The position numbers and the translations under genes were made by a program. A DNA stretch of 64,000 nt from the human T2T-CHM13v2.0 reference genome, Homo sapiens. Of the stretch, positions 50,199 through 64,000 are shown piece by piece. A model generated the notes under the pieces. The model did no database searches. It worked only from the letters and a program-made list of their open reading frames with translations, and was not told where the DNA came from. The stretch's first letter is position 1. Each line of letters opens with the position of its first letter. Where the stretch lies: the NCBI RefSeq assembly GCF_009914755.1, contig NC_060931.1. One strand, written 5' to 3'.

Positions 50199-50562
50199 TG
50201 ATATGGTTTGGCTGTGTCCCCACCCAAATCTCATCTTTACTTGCAGCTCCCACAATTCTCACATGTTGTGGGAGGGACCCAGTGAGAGGTAATTGAATCA
50301 TAAGGGCAAGTCTTTCCCATGCAGTCTCATGATAGTGAGTAAGTCTCACAAGATCTGATGGTTTTATAAATGGGAGTTCCCCTGCACAAACTCTCTTGCC
50401 TGCTGCCATGTTAAGATGTGACTTTGCTCCTCATTTGCCTTCTGCCATGATTGTGAGGCTTCCCCAGCCATGTGGAACTGTGAGTCCATTAAATCTCTTT
50501 CCTTTATAAATTATGCAGTCTCAGGTATGTCTTTATTAGCAGCACAAGGAGGAACTAATACA
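50199..50562 (+). mobile_element. MaLR solo LTR (THE1)
   Basis: TGATATGGTTTGGCTGTGTCCCCACCCAAATCTC...ACTAATACA; perfect TSD TTGTA. Confidence 0.9.
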
Positions 50563-52694
50563 TTGTATGTATGCTTTGATTCATGGGTTATTTAGAGACT
50601 GTATTGCTAATTTTCCAAACATGACTCTTATCTTGCTCTCTTTTTGTTATTAATTTCCAGCCACTCACAAATTGGAAAATTCCTCAAAGATAGAAACAGC
50701 AGGAAATGACTGGCTTGTTTAGTTGTGTTTGATTTTTTTCCCCTCTTTGGGGTCTTGACCCTTTGAATCATGGCTTTTTCTTGGTTTACTCCAATGCCTT
50801 CAAACACCTTTTGGGGCTTTTGTTTGTTTGGGGATATTTTATCCAACTGTTATAGTTATTTTTGGCAGGAGAAATGGCCTGATATAAGCTTCTTCATTCT
50901 AACAGAACATGAAAGTTGGGCCAGGCCACATTTTAACACTAGATGTTCCACTGAGATGAACCAGCAGAAAGCAACTGCCATGGGAAAAGGAATTAGTTAT
51001 CCAGAATGTATCCTTGAGGTCCTGTTGAACTAAAAAGACTCTTCTTATCTCTCTACATCCCCAGGGGCTACCATAGTATGGGCTCTCAATAAATGTTTGC
51101 TAAATTTATTGGTGAAGGAAAGAGTAATGTCAGCTTGACATGCCATTCCAAGAGGGCAGATATGGCTTGTTGCACACTAGTAAGTCTTTCCAATCTGGGA
51201 AAACACTAGCAGTCTACAGTCAGCTAACATGTGGGCAGGAGGTCACCTGCTATCAGGAATGATAGATTTTATAATGGTGACCCAACATCGGATAGAAATG
51301 TGGCCTCATCAGACTGACTTCAATGTGTAAGTTCTTTCCAATAAAGAACAAATCTCTCCTGACAAAGTGTTGCTACCAGGAGTCTACAGTTCAGTTTGGG
51401 AGGAAAACACCCAGATGTTCTTATATTCTGCAGCAGAATTTGAAACTCTGGAAACAAACTAAATACCCTTCAACAGAGGACCAGGCAGGCAAATCAGATA
51501 ACAACCATACAATAAATTATTATTCCCTTACTTTACATAACAATCAGGAATAATATCTAAGGATATGAAAAGTTATCCATGTATACTCTTAAGTGAAATA
51601 AGCCATTTCCAAAAAGTAAAGTGTGACTGTATTTTTAAATGCTATGTAGGTACAGAAAAAGGTCTGAATTGATATCAAAATATAAATGTGGTTATCTTCG
51701 GATCATGAGATTACAGCTAATGAAAGTTTTCTTCTTTGGTTTATCTGCAATGTACACTTTTTTAATAAAAATATTTCTGTTTATGAATAGTAATTTTTAG
51801 AAGTTGTCTTTTAAAGGTGCTACTCTGGGCTTTTCATTGGAAAGGAAATGTTCATTGTTGAACATTTCAAGGAAAATGTCCACTGTCACAGCTCTCCAAG
51901 GACAAATTCCTCTGCCTGTGCTTTTAGAATTGGGCAGGGAACGTAGAGTGGCCTAGAGTTGAAGGTTTTACAAGTGCTGATTAATGATGGATGATGCCAC
52001 CCTTTGCTGGCCACATTTCAACAAAACGGATATAAAGTGCAAGAAACAAGGAGGAGAAGCCCAGCCTGAGTAGCCTGCCCTGCTGAGCCCAGCCTGGAGG
52101 AAGAAACAGGGCTCTCTGCTCCCTGAGAAGAGAAAAGACGAGCTTCTCTGTTGTGTCTCAAGCTAATTACCTGTGATGCCATTAGCAATTACCCGAGCCA
52201 TCAGCAGGGCAGGAAACAGGGCTCAGCTTGTGGACTGAAGCAGTTTGCTCCCTGTCATAATTGCTTAATAGGCTGCCCTGTGGAATTGGCTTTCCCTGGC
52301 TCTCTGCAGACATATTGCATTATTATTATTGTAACCATAGAGCTGTGAGGCATTGCACAAACTGTTCCATTCTGCACAAGCTCTCTTCCGAGGAGATGTG
52401 CTCTAAAACAACTGAGGGATGAACATCTTGAGAGACTGTAGGGCAGCTTCAAAAGTCCTCTATTAGGGAACCTGGAGTGCCCCGCTTTTGCCAGCACCCA
52501 CCATCTCCAGCCAGCCCCGCCAAAGACCTGCCTTCATCAAGTTCCCAACATTGCCTGAGCAGCCTGCCTTAGGTCCACATGGACCAGGTTGAATTCTGTT
52601 TCTGCTTCATGCAAGCTGTGTGATCTTGGAGAAGTCAACTAACTTCTCTGAGCTATGCCGTGGCCATCTGTAAAATATTAATAGTAATAGCTAA

Positions 52695-52904
<210 letters not shown>

Positions 52905-53080
52905 TAATCCTCACCCAGCCCCATGAGGTGGTTGGCATAGAGTTTGTTCCACATATTATAATAAAAAAACTGAAACACTGATGGTTACGAAATGTCTCCT
53001 ATCCATACCTATTCATTGACACATGGTGTGCCCAGTGGACAGTCTTATACTAAGCTTAACACTATGCTAAACTACCTCTC

Positions 53081-53391
53081 TTTATTTGTTTATTTATTTA
53101 TTTATTTATGAGACAGGGTCTCACTCTGTTGCCCAGGTTGGAGTGCAATGGTGTGATTACAGCTCACTGCAGCCTCCAACTACTGGGCTCAGCCTTCCTT
53201 CCACCTTAGCCTCCTGAGTATCTGGGACTATAGGCATGCACCACCACATTCAGCTTATTTTTAAAACTTTTTGTAGAGATGGGATCATGCTATGTTGCCC
53301 AGGCTTGTCTCAAACTCCTGGCTTCAAGCCATCCTCTCTCCTTGGCCTTCCAAAGTGCTGGGATTATGGGCGTGAGCAACCACATCTGGTC
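53081..53391 (-). mobile_element. AluJ
   Basis: (TTTA)n tail, dimer. Confidence 0.92.
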
Positions 53392-53735
53392 TAAACTAAC
53401 TTTCTTTATAAAAATAACGCTCACCTTGCACTATTATGGCAAAGATTAAGTAACATTTGAGGAAGTATCTGACAGAGCTTTGCAGAATATAATTGCTCCA
53501 TAAATGTTTGCTAATGCACTTGTTAGTTAATTCAAATGTAGTCATCTATGCAATAGGAGGGAAAACCCTAGAACCATCCAGACACTAACTTCTAATGACA
53601 CTGTCAAGGCAAGGTGTCACTACATGGCGGCGTCTTTGGAATTGCCTCCACCCCTAGGGACTCCTTGTCATGGCACTGATTCTTAGACCAGCAGTTCTCG
53701 ACATGCCACCTGAAGTCTCAACAAGCAATTGTTTA

Positions 53736-54095
<360 letters not shown>

Positions 54096-54491
54096 TAAAT
54101 TAAATTAATTTGTGTAGCCTACATATAAGGTCTAAGAACCAGGACAGCTCAAAACTCCCAAGGATGAATCTGCTGGTTGGTGTTTGTCTTGCCAGGACTC
54201 CAGGTTTCTCCAAGTGAGCTTTATGATGGAGCCACAGTCTTTCCTCCTTCCCAATCATCCTCTTGCACCAAGCTGGGGAGAAGCAGACATGGGGAGGGCC
54301 AGAAATGCAACAACGGGTCCCTGGCAGGTAGGGCGTGCAGGAAAGACCATATCTAAAACTGTTACTGTCTAGAATGGGTCACCTGGAGAAATACTCATTG
54401 TTTTAGGTTTTGTACTTGCTGCCAATAGATCACAGCAGAATAATCTAGAAAGAAGCATCAATAGGAGTCAGCACATCACATTTACAATAAA

Positions 54492-55228
54492 TGTCTTAGT
54501 CCATTTTGTGTTCCTATAAAGGAATACCTGAGACTGGGTAATTTATAAAGAAAAGAGGGTTATTTGGCTCACAGTTCTGTAGGCTGTACAAGAAGCATAG
54601 CACCAGGATCTGTTGCTGGCAAGGACCTATGGAAGTTTTAACCCATGGCAGAAGGTGAAGGGGGAGAAAACATCACATGAAAAGAGAGGGGACAAGAGTG
54701 AGAGAGGGGTGCCAGGACCTTTTAAGCAACTTTTCTGCCAGATGTGGTGGCTCACACACCTGTAACCACAGCACCTTTGGAAGGCCAAGGTAGGAGGATC
54801 ACTTGAGGCTGGGAGTTCAAGATCATCCTGGGCAACATAGTGAGATGCTTGTCTCTGTGAAATATTTTTTTAAAATTAGCCAGGCATGGTGGCACACACC
54901 TGTAGTCTCAGGTACTCAGGAGGCTGAGGTGGGAGGATGGTTGAGCCCAGGAGGTTGAGGCTGCCGTGAGCTATGATTGCACCACTGCACTCCAGCCTGG
55001 GTGTCAGAGCAAGACTCTGTCTCAAAAAAAAAATTAAAAATTAAACAACCAGCTGTGTTGTGAACTAATAGAGCAAGACCTCACTCACTGCCATGAGGAT
55101 GGCACCAAGGCACCAAGCCATTTATGAAAGGTCCAATCCTCATGACTCAAACACCTCCCACCAAGCCCCACCTCCAGTGGGGATCACATTTCAACATGAG
55201 ATTTGGGAGGGACACACATCCAAACTTA
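54492..55228 (-). mobile_element. MaLR LTR (MSTB-like) interrupted by AluJ at 54737-55040 (+)
   Basis: TATAAAGGAATACCTGAGACTGGGTAATTTATAAAG...TTTCAACATGAGATTTGG. Confidence 0.85.
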
Positions 55229-55735
55229 ATTATGTGGGAAGTGAGAAAGCCAATGCTTTGTAACTGTGACAAAACCTTATCTTGAGACTAAATAGTTCTT
55301 CGTCCCACCAAGGATACTCAATCCCACACATACCCCACTGGTTAAGAGCTGCTGCCTGTGCTGTGCTTCTGGACAGTGGCTCATCAAGGTAATCAAAGTT
55401 GCAAGTGAGTGAGTCATAGCCATTTTCAGTTCCACCCAGTTGACTGTGCCTTAGGATCCCTTTGAAATAGCACATTACCCTTCATGCGTGTGTCTGATCT
55501 TTGTCCTCCTCTCAGTGAAGGCTCTAAAGGGAGAAGATCGGCCTTTTTTTTTTTTCACAGCCCTCTCCTGTCCCACAGTGATGACTTCTCATCAACAATG
55601 ACAAATTGGAAGCCCAGCTCTTTTGACTCGTCTCCTTCCATAAGAGCTAAGTCAACCTCAGAAGTACCCCATGGTTCAAACTAACTCCATGTTCCATGAG
55701 AAAAACAGATGGCATCAGGCTGGTTGATTATCTAG

Positions 55736-56164
<429 letters not shown>

Positions 56165-56189
56165 TAATATTCTGTATCAGGTACTCGAC

Positions 56190-56340
56190 ATTAAATTTTA
56201 CAATCATCTCTACAAGGTAGTTATGATCACCCCGTTTTACAGATGAGTAAACTGAGACCCAGGGGGCTTAAATAACTTGAGCAATCCCACAGACCTAAAA
56301 GTGCAGTGTTGGAATTTAAATTTCACCTAACACCGTGCCT
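56190..56340 (-). mobile_element. MIR
   Basis: CCCGTTTTACAGATGAGTAAACTGAGACCCAG. Confidence 0.8.
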
Positions 56341-57030
56341 AGTGTGTTCATTGTTAAATTATTGTTCAGTGAATCTGTGCTACTTCAAATTCATGCTTGT
56401 TCTGTGATACCATGTGACCACTTAGTGATCTTTCCTCCACTACCTTGTCCCAGGATTGAGGGCAAGGAGGCTGAAGGCAAGAGATAAAGCAAGAGTTTGG
56501 GAAACAGAAGACTGCAGGAAGAAGTTAGAAAGCTAGACGAAAGGGGAACTGACACCAGCTTCAGACCTTCAGTCATAAGCAGTGCTGAAATGGCTTAAAC
56601 AGATGCTGTCCTTGGCAGTGACCACAGGTTGTGAATGAACAAGCAGAAGTGCAAAATGCAGGCTTGGGAAGGATCACGCTGCCCGAGAGACAATTACATT
56701 CCAATTGTCTCTATGTCCTCCTACTATTTGTCTTCTACTGAACTCAGGGACAGCACCGAGAAGGGTCATGTCTAATAAATGACAATGGTAAAGATCCACT
56801 TGAAGCCACCCCAAAGCCAACAATTTCAGGTAGTTGCATTCATTGAATTATGTCATTGTGTTCATCAGAATCATTTATGTTCCAACTAACAGGTAACCCA
56901 ATAAATACCATGGCCAGTTTCTGCATGCAATCCTGTTCAAAGAGATGCAGTTCAGCCGCTCAAGGTATTAATTAGATTCCAGTTTCTATATGCTTCCCTT
57001 AAGGGACCCTAGGGAGTTTCTAGGATATAA

Positions 57031-57519
<489 letters not shown>

Positions 57520-57578
57520 TGATTTGTCCTCAGCACTAGGTGTGACCTCAGGACATCCCAGGCACCACCCACACCAGA

Positions 57579-57939
57579 TGTTATGATCTGAAATGTTCAT
57601 GTCTTCCTGCAAAATTCATACATTGAAATTCCACCCTGCAAGGTGATGGTGTTAGGAAGTGGGGATCTTTGGAAACTGACAAGGTCATGAGAGCAGAGCC
57701 CTTATGAATGGGAGTAGTCATCTACCCATATAAAAGAGACTCAAAGGAACCTCCCTCTTCCTCCATGTGAGGACACGGCATACAGCAGAAAGACAGCCAT
57801 CTGTGAGGAAGCAGCCGCCAGCAGACACCAAATCCACCAGTGCCTTGATCTTGAATTTCCAGCCTCCATAACTGTGAGAGGTACATTAAGTGACTCATTC
57901 AATGGTATTTTATTACAGCAGCTCAAATGGACTAAGACA
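57579..57939 (+). mobile_element. MaLR LTR (MLT1A-like)
   Basis: TGTTATG...GGACTAAGACA; near-TSD CCAGA/CCAGG. Confidence 0.8.
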
Positions 57940-57949
57940 CCAGGCTTTG

Positions 57950-58090
57950 TCTTCTTCTCTCCCTCTCCCTTCCTCTCCTTCTCCATCTCAGTCTCTCTAT
58001 ATCTCCTTCTCTCTCTCCCTCTCCCTCTCTCCTCCTTCCCTACCCTCCTTCTTTCTCCTTTCTTCTTCCCCTTTCTCCATGTCTCCTCAC
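57950..58090. repeat. CT-rich low-complexity tract
   Basis: Polypyrimidine run. Confidence 0.85.
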
Positions 58091-58592
58091 TACCTCATAT
58101 GGTCCCAGTAACTCTCTACTGTATCATTGCAGCTTTGTGCCCCAACAGCCCTGGAGCTTCATGTCCCAGGACACATTTTTTCCCCCAGGGAATGCTTTGA
58201 GTCAACCTGATCTGGATCATGTGCTCTCAACTTGGACTAATGACTGACAAGAGGGACAAAATATTAGGATTGACCCAATTTGGGTCGTATACTCAACACT
58301 CCACAAAACAAGAAGAGACAGTGTTTTTAATTAGCACCCTACCTCCCCGCCAAAAAATCACATGTATGCTCTTCAAAAAAAAAAAATAAGTAAAAGAGGC
58401 ACTGTCCTGGTTGACCAAACAAAAGCACTCACTCCCATGATTAATGGTGAAGCTATTTCTTTTCAATCCTGGGCAAAATTACTAGTCTCAGTTTAGTAGG
58501 AAAAGGTACCTGATCCTATCATTTCTCTTCTCAAAAGTTTTCGGTGAGATCCCCATGATCCATCTAAAAATAAAAATAAAAATAAAAAATAA

Positions 58593-58922
<330 letters not shown>

Positions 58923-59364
58923 ATCTGCTTTGCTGGAAATCAATCCACCCTCTACAATTTGAATCAACACTCCCATTTTCTTGCTTGAACCATGCATTCC
59001 AAATAAATTGGTGATATTCTGTCCCATAAATATTCTTTGTACCTTCTCATATCCAGACTTTTCCTTGTGCGGTTTCCTCTGCCTAGAATAACTGTTCTTC
59101 CTTCTCTACATATTCATCTCTTACCTGTCAGTGACTTCCTTCCCTAACCAATCAGGTGGAACAGAAATTTACCCAAAGCTCCCTTAAGATGACAGTGGGT
59201 CACCTCCTACTGAGAGCAGCCCTAATTCCAGGTCCCTAATTTCTACTACTTTCCCCACTCTGCTACTGAAGTTCCAATGTGCCTTACAGCTTAGCTGCTG
59301 CGGAATACGAGTAGCTGTCCTTCAATGCATCATTACAGTGCCAGTCCTCCAGAAACTGTCCTAA

Positions 59365-59768
<404 letters not shown>

Positions 59769-59918
59769 ACTTTAATTTTTAATAATCATAAATAATCACC
59801 ATTATTGTAATTTTGCCCTGATCTCAATTTCCCTGCTGGAATGAATAAATAGGTGGGTGAATGCATGGAAACAGGAGTGAAAATAGTGAATACACTGCTC
59901 TCAGCTTGGAAATCTTAG

Positions 59919-60264
<346 letters not shown>

Positions 60265-60759
60265 CACTTAACATGTTTTTAAAATGCAAATCCTCAAACA
60301 TTTGAGTGGACGACTACTGATAAATCTCTTTACTAATCCTTCAATTTATCAGCATCACTCGATTTATCAATGGTATATTGTTTGTCCTATGAAACTAGGT
60401 AATGTATCTTTTCGGATCCATATTTTGTTTTGCGAAGTGGCAAAATTTTTCAGATTTCGTGAGAGTGACTGGCAGGAAGTCAGGGGAGGAGAGAAGAGCA
60501 GAGCCACGGGAAGTGCTGCCGTCGGTGGGCAAGAGGGACTCACTAGCTGGTGAACTGCTCCCATCACACTTAGAGAATGCAACACACAAATCCAGGCCTC
60601 CACATCACATTCCAGGAAGCCTCAGGTTCGGTGGAAAGCGTGCAAAGTCACAAATGTCAAAGTCCTCAACTGCCAAGGGTCTACTATCACTATAATTGCC
60701 TGGTATGGTGTCATGGACCCTGGTAAGTGTCTAAAACACATTATTAAATGAAGCATCAA

Positions 60760-61060
60760 GGCCGGGCGTGGTGGCTCACGCCTGTAATCCCAGCACTTTG
60801 GAAGGCCAAAGCTTGCGAATCACCTGAGGACAGGAGTTTGAGACCAACCTGGCCAACATGGTGAAACTGCATCTCTACTAAAAATACAAAATTAGCCAGA
60901 CATCGTGGCACATGCCTGTAGTCCCAGCTACTTAGGGGGTTGAGGCAGGGGAATCACTTGAACTCATGAGATGGAGGTTGTAGTGAGCCAAGATGGTGCC
61001 ATTGCACTCAGCCTGGGTGACAGAGTGAGACGTGGTCTCAAAAATAAATAAATAAATAAA
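60760..61060 (+). mobile_element. Alu (S-type)
   Basis: Dimer. Confidence 0.95.
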
Positions 61061-61197
61061 ATTTAAAAATTTGAAACTAAGCCTCAAGAATAGGCATACA
61101 AGTTCTAAAAAAATTAATTCATTAGTAATTGTCCTCTTCACAAAGTTTTACAAAAGGGATAATTAACCATTTATGTCTTGAGAGTAAAATCTATGTT

Positions 61198-61510
61198 GGC
61201 CAGTCGGGTGGCTCAGCCCACATCTGTAATCCCAGCATTTTGGGCTGAGGTGGAAGGATCACTTGAAGCCAGGAGGAGTTTGAGACCAGCCTGGGCAGCA
61301 TAGTGAGATGCCAAAAAACTTCAAAAAACTTCAAAAAAAAATAGCCAGGTGTGATGGCATTCACCTGTAGTCCCAGCTAATGGGAAGGCTGAGGCAGGCG
61401 GATCACTTGAGTCCAGGAGTTGGAGGCTGCAGTAAGCTATGATCATGCCACTGCACTCTAGCATGGGTGGCAGAGCAAGACTCATCCTCTAAAAAATAAA
61501 TAAATAAATA
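61198..61510 (+). mobile_element. AluJ
   Basis: Diverged dimer. Confidence 0.88.
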
Positions 61511-62068
61511 ATAAGATATATGATAAATAAATACATAAAATATATATTAGATATAAATGTAAATAAAATATACATATTCCAACATGCTAGAAATCATTTA
61601 CTATCTCAGATAGATATAAATGGTTTCTAACACATTGGAATTTATTTGAAAACCTTCCATTGTACTTGTGCTAAAGATGCGATCATCTTTTGCTTGCATT
61701 CGTAACTTCACCCAAGAATAGCTAAAGAAGGTAATGAAACATTGTCAAGTATACATTGAAGAGTTCTAGCTATCACAAGAAAGCCTCAACTATTTATTCA
61801 AGTGTCTGCATTTTCATTTTTGAGTAGGTGAGAATTATTTTTCAGCCTGCTCAGATCATGAGAAGCGGCCTTTAGTGAAGCGTTTTGGAACAGACTAATG
61901 CTGGTGAGATGTGTGGCATTAAGCACAGACGACCAACCAGGGAATTTTTGCTAAGGTGGGATCAATTCCTGCAAGCAGCCAGTGCCACCTTTTCGCAAAC
62001 TCCCTTCCTGATCATAACAGGGGACAGTAGACACAAATATGAAATTTTTGACAATAAAAATTAACTTT

Positions 62069-62356
62069 GGCTGGCACAGTGGCTCATGCCTATAATCCCA
62101 ACACTTTGAGAGGCTGAGGCACAAGAACTGCTTGAGCCCAGGAGTTCTATACCAGTCTGGGCAACATAGTGAGACCTTGTGTCTACTTAAAAAATTTAAA
62201 AATTAGCCAGGCATGTTGGAGTGTACCTGTAAGCCCAGCTACTCAGGAAGCTGAGGCAGGAGGATCACTTGAGCCCAGGAGTTGCATGCTGCAGTGATCG
62301 CACCACTTCACTCCAGCCTGGGTGACAAAGTGAGACCCTGTCTCAAAAAAAATAAA
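62069..62356 (+). mobile_element. AluJ
   Basis: TSD AATAAAA(A)TTAACTT. Confidence 0.92.
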
Positions 62357-62383
62357 ATTAACTTCAACATAAGAGTCACTTTG

Positions 62384-62677
<294 letters not shown>

Positions 62678-62729
62678 GATTTTGTTCCTTTAAACATTGA
62701 AAAGGGCAGGGGAAAGCAGCCCAAAATAA

Positions 62730-63036
<307 letters not shown>

Positions 63037-63685
63037 AATTTAGAACTTCTAACTGGAAATGCATAGACAGTCGTTGGCTCACACGTCACCATGTACTCTG
63101 TGTGACATTCTACACCTGGGATCTTTCCCCCACTAAAGTATCATCCTGCTCACAGATGGCCGCCATGCTGGCTCTAACCAGCAGCAGTCACACTGCGTCT
63201 ACATCTAAGCACGCTGAGTGAGCCAGGGTGCCAATATCCCATGTTATAAAGGAAGGGAAATGATGACACAGCCAGATAAGCATGAATGCCCATCCATTAT
63301 TCATAGCCCCCTGGGAGAAAATCAAACTCCCCTGTTACCATCGCCTTCCCTGCATCCCAGTCATTCGAATTCAGAAACGCAAGCATAATAAACACAGTGC
63401 TTAGGGGAAAAGGCTGCGTGTGTTGGGTGTACTACTTGCTGTTGGAGTTTTAGTTGCTATTACTGGAAAGGAAGAGAAGGTGCGTGGGTTTGGAGATAGG
63501 CTCCAGCTTAAAGGTGCTATCTCGTGCATATTTCTTCATGTCTTCATGCATATTTTTCATCTCCTTATCTGTGCAATGGGGATAATGTTCCCTATATTAC
63601 ATATTATGTAAAGATTAAACATTTCTAACTGTATACAAGCATATCTCGATATCTGACACAAAAGTAGTCAATAAATACATGCTTA

Positions 63686-63991
<306 letters not shown>

Positions 63992-64000
63992 AGTGAAACC

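Noticed and set aside
63159-63220. GCCGCCATG Kozak-like start
   Set aside because: Only about 18 codons follow and there is no promoter or CpG island
63992-64000. TGAAACC after the broken Alu as the start of an LTR8-like element
   Set aside because: Only 7 bases are visible before the window ends

Overview
Primate (human-like; AluY-type elements present) non-coding genomic DNA, either intergenic or deep intronic. I find no protein-coding exon, RNA gene or CpG-island promoter. Almost all ORFs in the track are Alu, L1, LTR or simple-repeat read-throughs. The window holds about 57 Alus (roughly a quarter of the sequence), about 18 solo LTRs (ERV1 MER4-group, MaLR MST/THE1/MLT1, MLT2), old L1M/L2/MIR remnants and a few MER DNA transposons. 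Repeat family names are recalled from consensus sequences and were not searched. What the repeat annotation does not explain is a series of local copy events. (i) A 5 x 66-bp indel-free amplification of the MIR CORE carrying DR3-like motifs. (ii) Two inverted duplications with a nearby partner (15.7/16.7 kb and 33.0/34.8 kb). (iii) Two direct templated insertions copied from 0.9-1.7 kb away (43.4 kb and 47.0 kb). (iv) An LTR-less HERV-L pol fragment plugging an L1 deletion. (v) A 27-bp forkhead/SOX-motif minisatellite. There is also a cluster of five ERV1 LTRs, including a MER41 with STAT motifs. I cannot support a novel gene system; the best candidates are regulatory elements and DNA-repair scars.
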